A DNA stretch of 64,000 bases from Solirubrobacteraceae bacterium. Lineage in GTDB: Bacteria; Actinomycetota; Thermoleophilia; Solirubrobacterales; Solirubrobacteraceae. This document shows, in pieces, positions 53,312 through 62,186 of this stretch. Location of the stretch: the NCBI GenBank assembly GCA_036502205.1, contig DASXZA010000018.1, forward strand, positions 74,758 through 138,757, in the 5' to 3' direction. Made by a program: the position numbers and the translations under genes. The stretch's first letter is position 1. Each line of letters begins with the position of its first letter. A model generated the notes under the pieces. It was not told the origin of the DNA. It did not search any database and saw nothing but the letters and a program-made list of their open reading frames with translations.

Positions 53312-53827
53312 TCAGGCAGGTCCCGAAGTTCCCGCTGGTCCCTCCTCGTGCAGCGCCGCGTAGCGGCCCTCGTACCACACCAGCGGCCGCCCGCGCGCGT
53401 CTTGGCCCATGTCCGTCACCGCACCGATCCCGATCGTGTGGTCGCCGCCGGGGTGCAGCTCACGCAGGTCGCAGACCAGCCACGCCAGCGACTCCTCGAG
53501 TACTGGGACGCTCTGGTGCAGGCGCCACGCCACGCCCGCAAAGTGCTCCTGCTTGCGCGCCTTCGAGGCGAACGCGTCCGCCAGCGCGCGCTGCTCGGCG
53601 CGCAGCACGTTGACCGCAAAGCGGCCGCTCGCCTCGATCGGCGCGAGCGTGCGCGCCGAGTTGTCGATGCACACCAACAGCAGCAGCGGATCTAGCGAGA
53701 GCGAGCACAGCGCGTTCGCCGTCATTCCCACCGGGCCCTCCGCGGTCTGCGCGGTCACGATCGCCACGCCCGTCGCGAAGCGCCCGATCGTCTCGCGGTA
53801 GCGCCGCCGCTGCTCCGGGGTCGTCAC
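53312..53827 (-). CDS. Flavin reductase family protein
   Basis: GRFATGVAIVT, GMTAN...SLSLDP, FAVNVL, GGDH. Confidence 0.92.
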   Translation of the reverse strand: MTTPEQRRRYRETIGRFATGVAIVTAQTAEGPVGMTANALCSLSLDPLLLLVCIDNSARTLAPIEASGRFAVNVLRAEQRALADAFASKARKQEHFAGVAWRLHQSVPVLEESLAWLVCDLRELHPGGDHTIGIGAVTDMGQDARGRPLVWYEGRYAALHEEGPAGTSGPA

Positions 53828-53946
53828 GTCGGCCGGTTTAGCAGAGCGCGGCGGTTCGTGGAAGGTTTGGCGGAGCAGGCCCCGCCGCGCGCGTACGTGT
53901 GCGTGCGCTCGCGCGCGGCGGGGTCCGAATTTTGGATCAACGCACC

Positions 53947-54330
53947 TCAGCGCACGATCAGCGTCGCGCTCATGCCCAGCGTCGTCTGGTCGTCGATCGT
54001 GCTCACCAGCAGGTAGCGCCCCGGCGCCAGCGGCGGCGTGCGTTTTGCTTCGCTCGCGCCCGGCAACAGCGTGTGGATCGTCGCCAGCACCGTGCGTTCG
54101 TTGGAGTCGAGGCTGCCCCGCTCGAGCTCCACGTTGTGCGTGAGGATGCCGCGGTTGCGCGCCACGATCAGCAGCGGCCCCGGCGGGACGCTCGTACTGG
54201 ATGGTTCGATGCGGTACTCGCTGAGCGCGAGCTTCAGTTCGTGGCTCGGCAGGCGCACCGTTCGCGCCGCTCCGCAGCCCGCCAGCGCGAGCGCCGCGAG
54301 CGCCGCCGGCGCGAGGAGGCGCAACCTCAT
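53947..54330 (-). CDS. Cupredoxin-like lipoprotein with degenerate Cu site
   Basis: LAGC lipobox; NRGILTHNV, LLPG, LAPGRY...GM. Confidence 0.75.
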   Translation of the reverse strand: MRLRLLAPAALAALALAGCGAARTVRLPSHELKLALSEYRIEPSSTSVPPGPLLIVARNRGILTHNVELERGSLDSNERTVLATIHTLLPGASEAKRTPPLAPGRYLLVSTIDDQTTLGMSATLIVR

Positions 54331-54358
54331 GAAAGCGAGCCTATATATTCCGCCCCGG

Positions 54359-55072
54359 ATGAGGACCCGCTCAGCCCAGCCGAAGATCATCGCTCTGCTC
54401 GTCGTCGTTGTCGCCGCCGCCGTCGGCTTCACGTCCTGCGGCACCCAGGGCATCCAGCTCGCGAAGAGCAATCCCAACTACCACGGCGCCGAATTGTTCC
54501 TCGATCACTGCTCCGGCTGTCACACGCTCGCCGTCGTCGGCGCCGAGGGCTCCGCGAGCAGCATCAAGGACCGTCTGCGCACCAACGGCCCCAACTTCAA
54601 CTTCCGCAAGGAGGAACCCGCTCAGGTTCTCTACGCGATCCGCAACGGCGGCTTCTCCGGCGCGATCATGCCGCAGAACATCGTCGTCGGACAGGCCGCA
54701 CGCGAAGTCGCGCAGTTCCTCGCCAAGTACTCCGGGCTGCAGGCGAAAAAGGTGCCGACGATCGAAAACGTGTCCGTCGAAGGCTCCTCCACCACCGCCA
54801 CGAGCCCCACCGCCACGACTGGTGTCACGACCCCGAGCGTCCCGGCTGCGGGTGGCTCCACCAAAGCGGCTGCGGGCGGTTCCACGAAAGCGGCTGCGCG
54901 AGGCTCCACCAAAGCGGGGGCCGCCAACGAAGCAGGTGCCGCCACCGAAGCTGGCACCGCTTCCAAAGGCGGGACGGCCTATAGCGAAGCCGGCGCCTCC
55001 TCCAAAGCCGGCGCTTCCACCGAAGGCTCCACGGCGAGTGCCGCCGGGGGCGCCACGACGGCCTCCAAATAG
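54359..55072 (+). CDS. Monoheme cytochrome c lipoprotein with low-complexity repeat tail
   Basis: TSCG lipobox-like motif, CSGCH, GPNF, AIMP. Confidence 0.88.
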   Translation: MRTRSAQPKIIALLVVVVAAAVGFTSCGTQGIQLAKSNPNYHGAELFLDHCSGCHTLAVVGAEGSASSIKDRLRTNGPNFNFRKEEPAQVLYAIRNGGFSGAIMPQNIVVGQAAREVAQFLAKYSGLQAKKVPTIENVSVEGSSTTATSPTATTGVTTPSVPAAGGSTKAAAGGSTKAAARGSTKAGAANEAGAATEAGTASKGGTAYSEAGASSKAGASTEGSTASAAGGATTASK

Positions 55073-55103
55073 GCCGTGGCCCGCGCGGAGGGCTGACGGC
55101 GCC

Positions 55104-56372
55104 GTGCTCGATCTCAAGCTGATTCGCCAGGAGCCCGACGCCGTGCGCGCCGCGCTCGCGCGGCGCGGTTCCGAGGCCGTCACTGGCCTGGAGCGCGTGA
55201 TTGAGCTCGACGAGCGTCGCCGCGGCGCGATTCCCGAGCTCGAGGAGCTGCGCGCGCGACGCAACGCCGCCGCCGAGGCGATCGCACAGGCCAAGCGCGA
55301 GGGCGCCGACGCCAGTGACGCGATCGCCGAGCAACGCGAGCTCGGCGCACGCGAGAAGCAGCTCTCCCAGCAGCTCGCCGCGGTCGAGTCCGAGCTGAAC
55401 GACGCGCTCGCGCCGCTGCCGAACCTACCCGATCCGAGCGCCGCGCCGGGACCCGAGGATGAGCTTGTGCGCGTCGTCGGCGAGACGCCCAGCTTCGCGT
55501 TTGCAGTGCGCGACCACCTCGAGCTAGCCGGCACCGCGATCGACATGGATCGCGCCGCCAACCTCTCCGGCTCGCGCTTCGCCTACCTCAAGGGCGACCT
55601 CGTCATGCTCGAGCTCGCGCTCGTGCGCTGGGCCCTGGAGAAGCTCCGCGGACACGGCTTCGAGCCCGTGATCCCGCCTGTCCTGGTACGCGAGCGCGCG
55701 CTATTTGGGACCGGATTCTTGCCCGACACCGAGCAGCAGATCTACAGCCTGCCCGCCGACGAGCTCTACCTCGTCGGCACCTCCGAGGTCGCCCTCGCCT
55801 CGCTACACGACGGCGAGATCCTCGACGCCGAGCAGCTGCCGCTGCGCTACGCCGGCTTCTCGCCCTGCTTCCGGCGTGAGGCCGGCGCCGCCGGGCGTGA
55901 CACGCGCGGCATCTTCCGCGTGCACCAGTTTGACAAGGTCGAGATGTTCAGCTTCGTCGAGCCCGCGCACGCCGGCGCCGAGCACGAGCGCATCCTCGCG
56001 ATCGAGGAGGAGGTCCTCGGCGAGCTCGGCCTGCCCTACCGCGTCGTCAATATCGCCGTCAACGATCTCGGTAACTCTGCCGCCAAGAAGTACGACTGCG
56101 AGGCCTGGCTGCCCAGTCAGGAGCGCTACCGCGAGCTCACCTCGTGCTCGAACACCAGCGACTACCAGGCCCGGCGTCTCGGTATCCGCGTGCGTCGCGA
56201 GAAGCGCACCGAGTTCCTGCACACGCTCAACGGCACCGCCGTCGCCGTCGGGCGCACACTCATCGCGCTGCTCGAGAACGGCCAGCGCGAGGATGGCAGC
56301 GTCGCGTTGCCCGCATGCCTGCACGCGTTCGGCGCGCCCGCCGAGCTGCGCGGCACCGGCGCCAAGAGCTGA
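55104..56372 (+). CDS. serS: Serine--tRNA ligase
   Basis: VLDLKLIR, GTSE, CFRREAG, RGIFRVHQFDKVE, TLNGT. Confidence 0.97.
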   Translation: MLDLKLIRQEPDAVRAALARRGSEAVTGLERVIELDERRRGAIPELEELRARRNAAAEAIAQAKREGADASDAIAEQRELGAREKQLSQQLAAVESELNDALAPLPNLPDPSAAPGPEDELVRVVGETPSFAFAVRDHLELAGTAIDMDRAANLSGSRFAYLKGDLVMLELALVRWALEKLRGHGFEPVIPPVLVRERALFGTGFLPDTEQQIYSLPADELYLVGTSEVALASLHDGEILDAEQLPLRYAGFSPCFRREAGAAGRDTRGIFRVHQFDKVEMFSFVEPAHAGAEHERILAIEEEVLGELGLPYRVVNIAVNDLGNSAAKKYDCEAWLPSQERYRELTSCSNTSDYQARRLGIRVRREKRTEFLHTLNGTAVAVGRTLIALLENGQREDGSVALPACLHAFGAPAELRGTGAKS

Positions 56373-56391
56373 GTCGCCCGCGCCGGCCGCT

Positions 56392-56964
56392 TTACGCCGG
56401 GGTGTACTCGATCAGCAGCGCCCGCGCCGTCGCGCGTCCCGCCTCGTAGAGGTGCGGGGCGTCCGCCGGGAAGGACGCGTAATCACCGCTTACGAGCTCG
56501 CTGATGCGCTCGACGGGTCCCGCGATCAGCTTCCCGCGCAGCACCAGCACAGCCGTCCGCGACCCGCTCGCGCGTGGCGGCGGCTCGTGGACCTCGGCGG
56601 GCGCGAGCGCGAGCTCGGCGATCCGTAGGCTTCCGCGTAGCTCGTCGTTGCTCTCCAACGCTCGTCGTCCTCCCGTGGACGGCGGCCACGGCTCGGCCTC
56701 GCTCACGCGCACGATTCGCATCTCGCCGGCGCGCGTACCTTCGAGGAGCTCCGCGACCGACACCCGCAGCGCGCTCGCCAGCTGCGTCAGCGTGTCGATC
56801 GTCGGGTTGCCGCTCGCGCGCTCGATCGCCGAGAGCGTCGCCTTGCTGATCGACGTCTCCTGCGCGAGTCGCGAAAGCGACAGGTGACGCGCGACGCGCA
56901 GCCGGCGCACATTCGCCGCGAGTTGCGATCGCGTGTCGTCGCCTGGTGGGCTACTAGACATCAT
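56392..56964 (-). CDS. XRE-family HTH plus cupin regulator
   Basis: LSLSRLA...SKATLSAIE...NPTIDTL; cupin FPADAPH. Confidence 0.9.
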   Translation of the reverse strand: MMSSSPPGDDTRSQLAANVRRLRVARHLSLSRLAQETSISKATLSAIERASGNPTIDTLTQLASALRVSVAELLEGTRAGEMRIVRVSEAEPWPPSTGGRRALESNDELRGSLRIAELALAPAEVHEPPPRASGSRTAVLVLRGKLIAGPVERISELVSGDYASFPADAPHLYEAGRATARALLIEYTPA

Positions 56965-56974
56965 AAAGAACAGA

Positions 56975-56994
56975 TCGTTTGTTATATTAAACGA
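56975..56994. promoter_or_regulatory. Palindromic operator overlapping a -10 element
   Basis: TCGTTT-GTTATATT-AAACGA in a 31-bp divergent gap. Confidence 0.7.
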
Positions 56995-56995
56995 A

Positions 56996-57619
56996 ATGAC
57001 GGACGACGAGATGCCAGCCGGGAAGTCCGCGCCGCGCGCGACCTTCTACTTCGATCTCGGATCACCGTTCGCGTATCTCGCCGCCGAGCGCCTCGCGACG
57101 GTCCTGTCGGCACCGGCGAGCTGGCAACCGATCTCGCTCGGCGCCATCTTCAAGGCGACTGGACGCTCGTCTTGGGCGCTGCGCGATCCACAGCTGCGCG
57201 AGTCCGGCATGGCCGAGGTCGAGCGCCGCGCACGCGCCTACGGCCTGCCGCCGCTGCGCTGGCCTGATCCCTGGCCCAGCAACTACCTCTTCGCGATGCG
57301 CGCCGCGACCTACGCCTTCGAAGCCGGCCGCGGCCGCGACTTCACGCTCGCCGCTTTCCGCGGTGCTTTCCAGGAGGGGCGCGATCTCGGCCTCCCCGAC
57401 GAGGTCCTGCGCGTCGCTGTCACGACCGGACTGCACAAGGCCGCGATCCTCGACGCCACGCGCGATTCCAGCGTGAAGCTCGCGCTGCGCGACGCCACCG
57501 AGGCCGCCCGCGAGCGCGGCGTCTTCGGCGTACCGACGCTGGCCGTCGGCGACGAGCTGTTCTGGGGAGATGATCGTCTCCCCGACGCCGCCGCCGCGTA
57601 CGCGGCGCGCTATCAATGA
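56996..57619 (+). CDS. DsbA-family / 2-hydroxychromene-2-carboxylate isomerase (kappa-GST-like)
   Basis: FYFDLGSPFAYL, GVFGVPT...FWGDDRL. Confidence 0.9.
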   Translation: MTDDEMPAGKSAPRATFYFDLGSPFAYLAAERLATVLSAPASWQPISLGAIFKATGRSSWALRDPQLRESGMAEVERRARAYGLPPLRWPDPWPSNYLFAMRAATYAFEAGRGRDFTLAAFRGAFQEGRDLGLPDEVLRVAVTTGLHKAAILDATRDSSVKLALRDATEAARERGVFGVPTLAVGDELFWGDDRLPDAAAAYAARYQ

Positions 57620-57879
57620 CGCGAGCGTAACGCGAGCGCGCTCGCCGCGGGGTCGCTCACTCGATTGCGCACCGCTTGCCCCGACATACGTTCGCGCATG
57701 CTGCGCCCGCTGTTTCCGCAGGCGCCGCGCAGGGTAGAACTGCTACCCGCGAGCGGGGTAGAGGAAACATCCACTTACCTGTAGTCTCCTGCCGGCTGGA
57801 CAGCGAGAAGATGGTCACCATTGTAAAGATCAAGCACGGCGCACAGGGTAGGCGGCCGCGGGATCGACAAGGGGGTCAG

Positions 57880-58827
57880 GTGGAGGAGTCGGGGCGCACG
57901 CGCATCCTGAGGGCGATGGCTGAGGTGGTCTCCGAGCGCGAGATGCACTCGGTGACGGTCAAGGACGTCGCGACACGCGCCGGCGTCTCCCGCGCGAAGT
58001 TCAACGAGCAGTTCGACGATCTCGAAGACTGCTTTCTGGAGGCGTTCGAGCTGGGCGTGCGACGCGGACGCTCCGCGATGGCATCGGCCTACGGTCGCGA
58101 GCAAACCTGGATCGACGGTGTCCGCGCCGCGCTCGTCGCGCTGCTCGCCCTGCTCGAAGAGGAGCCCGCGCTCGCGCGCCTGTGGATCGTCTACTCGCTG
58201 GGTGGCGGTCCTCGTGTGCTGCGCCGCCGAGCCGCGGTCAGCGCCGTGCTCTGCGAGTTCGTCGACCGCGGGCGCCGCGAGGCGCTCGCGCGCGTCGAGC
58301 CTCCCGCGCTCACCGCCGAGGGCGTCGTCGGGGCGGTGCTGGCGATCATCCAGGCGCGGCTGTTGGCGCCCGAACCCGAGCCGCTGCGCAGCCTCCAGGG
58401 ACAGCTGATGAGCCTGATTCTGCTGCCCTACATGGGCGGCGCCGTCGCCAAGCGCGAGCTCAAACGGACCGTGTCGCGCTCGTCGGCCGCGCTCGCCGGC
58501 GGCAGGTCGGCGGTCGAGGGCATCGGCATGCGCCTGACTCATCGCACCGCCTGCGTCCTGAGCGCGATCGCTGAGCATCCCGGGGCGAGCAATCGCGAAG
58601 TCGCCAATCTTGCCGGGATCGTCGACCAGGGCCAGATCTCGAAGCTGCTGAGCCGTCTGGAGAACCTCGGACTGATCGTCAACGTCGGTCAAGGCGGATA
58701 CCGCGGGGCACCTAACGCGTGGACGCTGAGTCCGCGGGGGGAGCAGGTCGAGCGTCGCGTGCGGCTCAGCACACAGGTCACCGAGCCAAGCCCACTCGGG
58801 GAATCCTCCGCTTTGCAGGAAAGTTAG
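57880..58827 (+). CDS. TetR-like regulator fused to a C-terminal winged HTH
   Basis: TVKDVATRAGVSR HTH; PGASNREVA...DQGQISKLLSRLE...NAWTL; start may be 57811. Confidence 0.8.
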   Translation: MEESGRTRILRAMAEVVSEREMHSVTVKDVATRAGVSRAKFNEQFDDLEDCFLEAFELGVRRGRSAMASAYGREQTWIDGVRAALVALLALLEEEPALARLWIVYSLGGGPRVLRRRAAVSAVLCEFVDRGRREALARVEPPALTAEGVVGAVLAIIQARLLAPEPEPLRSLQGQLMSLILLPYMGGAVAKRELKRTVSRSSAALAGGRSAVEGIGMRLTHRTACVLSAIAEHPGASNREVANLAGIVDQGQISKLLSRLENLGLIVNVGQGGYRGAPNAWTLSPRGEQVERRVRLSTQVTEPSPLGESSALQES

Positions 58828-58851
58828 GAACCCCAAATAAGGGTGCCCTAA
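58824..58851. promoter_or_regulatory. Two abutting DtxR/MntR-type TTAGG-N4-CCTAA boxes
   Basis: TTAGGAACCCCAAA plus TAAGGGTGCCCTAA, one mismatch each, upstream of the iron permease. Confidence 0.65.
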
Positions 58852-58870
58852 CTTTGCTACCGTTGCGGGC

Positions 58871-60019
58871 GTGGCATTACCTAGCTCTGAAGTCGGGATT
58901 CCCCCGGCCGAGCAATCGGCAGAGCCGGATCGCGCAGCTGGCACGGTCGCGAGAGGCCCGCGTAGGAGCGGATCGCGCGGAAATCTCTATATCTGGACGG
59001 TAGTGCTGCTGGTCGTCGCCGTCGTCGCCGTCGTGCTCGGCTGGCACGCCCACGGCGGCACCCCCGATCCGACCGACCCCGCCAACCACGTAAGTCGTAC
59101 GAGCGCTGTCATCGACAGCGGCGTGCTCGTCTTCCGCGAGGGCCTCGAGACGATCCTCGTGCTCGCCGCGATCACCGCCAGCTTCCTCGGCGCCAATCGT
59201 TCCTATCGCAAGCCCGTCGCCATCGGTGGCGGCGTCGCGCTGCTCGCGTCGGTCGCGACATGGTTTATCGCAATCTGGTTCATCGGCATGTTCGGCGGCG
59301 ACGGCCTCGCCGTCCAGGCCGCCACCGGGATCCCCGCGATCCTCGTGCTGCTGCTCGTCATGAACTGGTTCTTCCACAAGATCTACTGGACCGGCTGGAT
59401 CTCCCACCATCACAAGCGCCGCCGCGGCCTGCTCGGCTCGGCCGGCGAGACCGGCGCGCGCGCGACGATCCTCGGGCTCGGCCTGCTCGGTTTCACCTCC
59501 GTCTACCGCGAGGGCTTTGAGATCGTCATCTTCCTCCAGGCCCTGCGCGAGCGCTACGGCTCGAGTGTCGTCCTCGAGGGCGTCGTGCTCGGCCTGCTGT
59601 TCACCGCCGCCGTCGGCGTGCTCACCTTCGGTCTGCACCAGCGTCTGCCATATCGCAAACTGCTGATCATCACCGGCGGCATGCTGCTCGTCGTGCTGTG
59701 GGTCATGGTCGGCGAGGAGGTCAACGAGATGCAGCTCGCAGGCTGGATCGGCACGACCCCGATCCCCGGCGTCAGCGTCCCCGGCTGGATGGGCACGTGG
59801 TTCTCGATCTTCCCCAACGTCGAGACGATCGTCGCCCAGGTGCTGTCCGTCGTGCTCGTCCTCGGCTCCTACTTCGCCGCCCAGTACGTGCGCGTATGGG
59901 GTCCGCGCCGGCGCGGCGAGCGTGTCGCGCGTCTGGCCGAGGAGCCACCGTCCTCGTCCGCCGGCGCCGCCGGCCACACGCAGCCCGCCGTTGGCGGACG
60001 AGCGCAGCCGACATTCTAA
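58871..60019 (+). CDS. FTR1/EfeU-family iron permease
   Basis: REGLE and REGFE motifs; multiple TM segments. Confidence 0.9.
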   Translation: MALPSSEVGIPPAEQSAEPDRAAGTVARGPRRSGSRGNLYIWTVVLLVVAVVAVVLGWHAHGGTPDPTDPANHVSRTSAVIDSGVLVFREGLETILVLAAITASFLGANRSYRKPVAIGGGVALLASVATWFIAIWFIGMFGGDGLAVQAATGIPAILVLLLVMNWFFHKIYWTGWISHHHKRRRGLLGSAGETGARATILGLGLLGFTSVYREGFEIVIFLQALRERYGSSVVLEGVVLGLLFTAAVGVLTFGLHQRLPYRKLLIITGGMLLVVLWVMVGEEVNEMQLAGWIGTTPIPGVSVPGWMGTWFSIFPNVETIVAQVLSVVLVLGSYFAAQYVRVWGPRRRGERVARLAEEPPSSSAGAAGHTQPAVGGRAQPTF

Positions 60020-60063
60020 GCGTCGCCGAGTCGACGTTCTCAGCGTCGCTCAGCCGACGTTTC

Positions 60064-62166
60064 TTAGCTCAGTCGCACCGTGCGGCTTACTAACGCCGAG
60101 CGGTTGCCGGCGCGGTCATTCGCGCGTACCAGGATCGTGTAGCTCCCCCGCGCCAGCTTCGGCAGCTTCAACGACCAGCTGTCGCCGCTGAGCTTCGCCG
60201 TCACGAACGCCGCGCGCGCCTTGGCCTTCGTCGTCGCCGCGAAGCGTCCGTGGCTGAGACCAACGATGTGCCTGCCGCGTGTCCGGTAGACCACGACCTG
60301 GACGCTTGCGATGCCGCTCGAGGGCGCCGGATCGCTAACGCCGCCGTGCAACGTCCGCCACGCCGCGGTCGAGGCGCGACGGCGCTTGCAGGCCTTCTTG
60401 GAGAGCTTCTTCGGGCACGACGGCGTGTCGAGTGTCACGCTCGGCGGCTTGCGATCGCCGGTCGCCGGCGGCGGCGGTTTGGGTGGCGCTGGCGCCACGA
60501 CGATCGCGTAGGTACCGGTCGTCGTGTTGCCGAGCGCGTCGGGTGCGGTCAGGGCGACCGCGTAGGTGCCCGCCGCCGCGAACGTGTGGGTGACCGTCGC
60601 GCCGGCCGAGCTCGTGCCGTCACTGAAGCTCCAGGTCGCGGTGCCGAGTCCCGCCCACAGGTCCACCAGCGACGCCGAGAACGTCACCGGCTGGCCCGCC
60701 GTCGCGCTTGCCGGCACGCTCGCGCCAAGCAGGATCGGCGGGCCACCGTCGTACGCCGCCGCGCGCAGCGTCCTGCTGGTGTTGTCCCTGTAGAACGCCA
60801 CGACGCTTCCCTGGCGATCGGCGACGAGTGTCGGACTTTCGTACGCCGCGTCAGCCTGGTCGAGGTTGCGCGCTGCTTCCGGCGTCGACGCACCGTTCGT
60901 CCAGCGCGCGGCCTCGACGTTTGCGTGTTCGGTTTCGCCGGACCCCGGCGGGTTTCCGCGCCACGCGAGGAGAGCTTCGTCGCCGAGAAACGCGATCGAG
61001 CCCGGCGAACCTTCTTCGTCGACCGGCGATATGCAGCGTTCGGGAGTGAACGTGTGGTCGACCGGCGCGCGCACCGCTCCCTCACAATCTTCGCCGCTGC
61101 TGTTGCCGTCGAAGCGATAGAGGACGTAGGCCGTCCCGTTCGGGGCCACACCCGCGCCCTCGGGCGCACTGGTCGAGCCGCCCAGGACGAGCTGTGACGG
61201 TTCGCTCCACGCTCCGCCCGAGCTTTGACGTGTCGTCGCCCAGGGGGTACTTTCGCCGGCGTCGTCGTACTGATACGCCAGCACCGCGTCGCCGCTTTCT
61301 TCGTTCTCGCCGAGCTGCAGTGATGATGCGCTTCCGCTGGAGCCCGTGATGCTCACGCGCGGTCCCCAGACGCCGTTGGCTGCCGAGCGCACCCGCGCGA
61401 TCACCGTGTAGCGGTCGTCTGCTTGGCTGTTGGTCGGGCCTTCGTCGTAGCGCGACTTGTAGGCCACCGTGAGATTGCCGATCAGATCGATGCCGAGCTC
61501 GAGTTCTTCGGCTGCGATCGCCGCCGGCGAGATACGTTCGGTCGACCAGACGCTACTCGCCGAGCGCACGGCGACATCGATGCGCGAGGTCGCCTCGCCC
61601 TGGCCGGTGCCGGCTTCGTTGGCATTGGATTGCGCGCCCACGGCGGCACTACCTTTGGCGCTGATCGCGACGCTCACCGCGGGATTGACCGTGCTCGCAC
61701 GTTTGGCTTCGGTGGCAATCGTGAACGGAGCTTCCCAGGTGCCGCTGCCCGCCGGCCGATAGGCGGCGCGGAAGCGGCACGGCGAGGTTTCGTCGTTCGG
61801 GCCGGTGAGTTCGATCCAACCCGCGACAGCCGCGCCGTCGGGTGCGACGGCGATCTTGACCCTCGCTGGGATCGCTTCGGCGGACGAGGGAAGCACGAGC
61901 TGGTCGGAGTAGCTGCCGCCGGGTGGCATCGTGCCGATGTGCAGTACGGCGCTCAGCGGGGCGAGCGAGGTGAGCTGCACGAATGCCTCAGTGGCCGTGC
62001 CGCCGTTCTGATAACCAATCTGCTCTTCGTCCGGAGCGCCTTCGAAGAGGTCTGCGGCGGGCACCGCGAAGTTCACCGGAGCGACCCATTCCGCGGCGTG
62101 CGCCACCGGTGCGAGGAGCAGTAGCGCCAGCAGCGCGAGTAGTGAGATCGTCCGAGGTCGAAGCAT
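60064..62166 (-). CDS. Secreted PKD-domain protein with repeat-rich N-terminal region and basic C-terminal domain
   Basis: Signal peptide; WSFSDG...HTFAAAGTYAVALT PKD motif; Pro linker. Confidence 0.8.
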   Translation of the reverse strand: MLRPRTISLLALLALLLLAPVAHAAEWVAPVNFAVPAADLFEGAPDEEQIGYQNGGTATEAFVQLTSLAPLSAVLHIGTMPPGGSYSDQLVLPSSAEAIPARVKIAVAPDGAAVAGWIELTGPNDETSPCRFRAAYRPAGSGTWEAPFTIATEAKRASTVNPAVSVAISAKGSAAVGAQSNANEAGTGQGEATSRIDVAVRSASSVWSTERISPAAIAAEELELGIDLIGNLTVAYKSRYDEGPTNSQADDRYTVIARVRSAANGVWGPRVSITGSSGSASSLQLGENEESGDAVLAYQYDDAGESTPWATTRQSSGGAWSEPSQLVLGGSTSAPEGAGVAPNGTAYVLYRFDGNSSGEDCEGAVRAPVDHTFTPERCISPVDEEGSPGSIAFLGDEALLAWRGNPPGSGETEHANVEAARWTNGASTPEAARNLDQADAAYESPTLVADRQGSVVAFYRDNTSRTLRAAAYDGGPPILLGASVPASATAGQPVTFSASLVDLWAGLGTATWSFSDGTSSAGATVTHTFAAAGTYAVALTAPDALGNTTTGTYAIVVAPAPPKPPPPATGDRKPPSVTLDTPSCPKKLSKKACKRRRASTAAWRTLHGGVSDPAPSSGIASVQVVVYRTRGRHIVGLSHGRFAATTKAKARAAFVTAKLSGDSWSLKLPKLARGSYTILVRANDRAGNRSALVSRTVRLS

Positions 62167-62186
62167 GGTCGCGAAGGCTATCGGGG

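Noticed and set aside
53234-53342. Calling this element 6S, SRP or tmRNA
   Set aside because: I could not find the diagnostic motifs or a convincing long stem by eye; kept only as a low-interest finding
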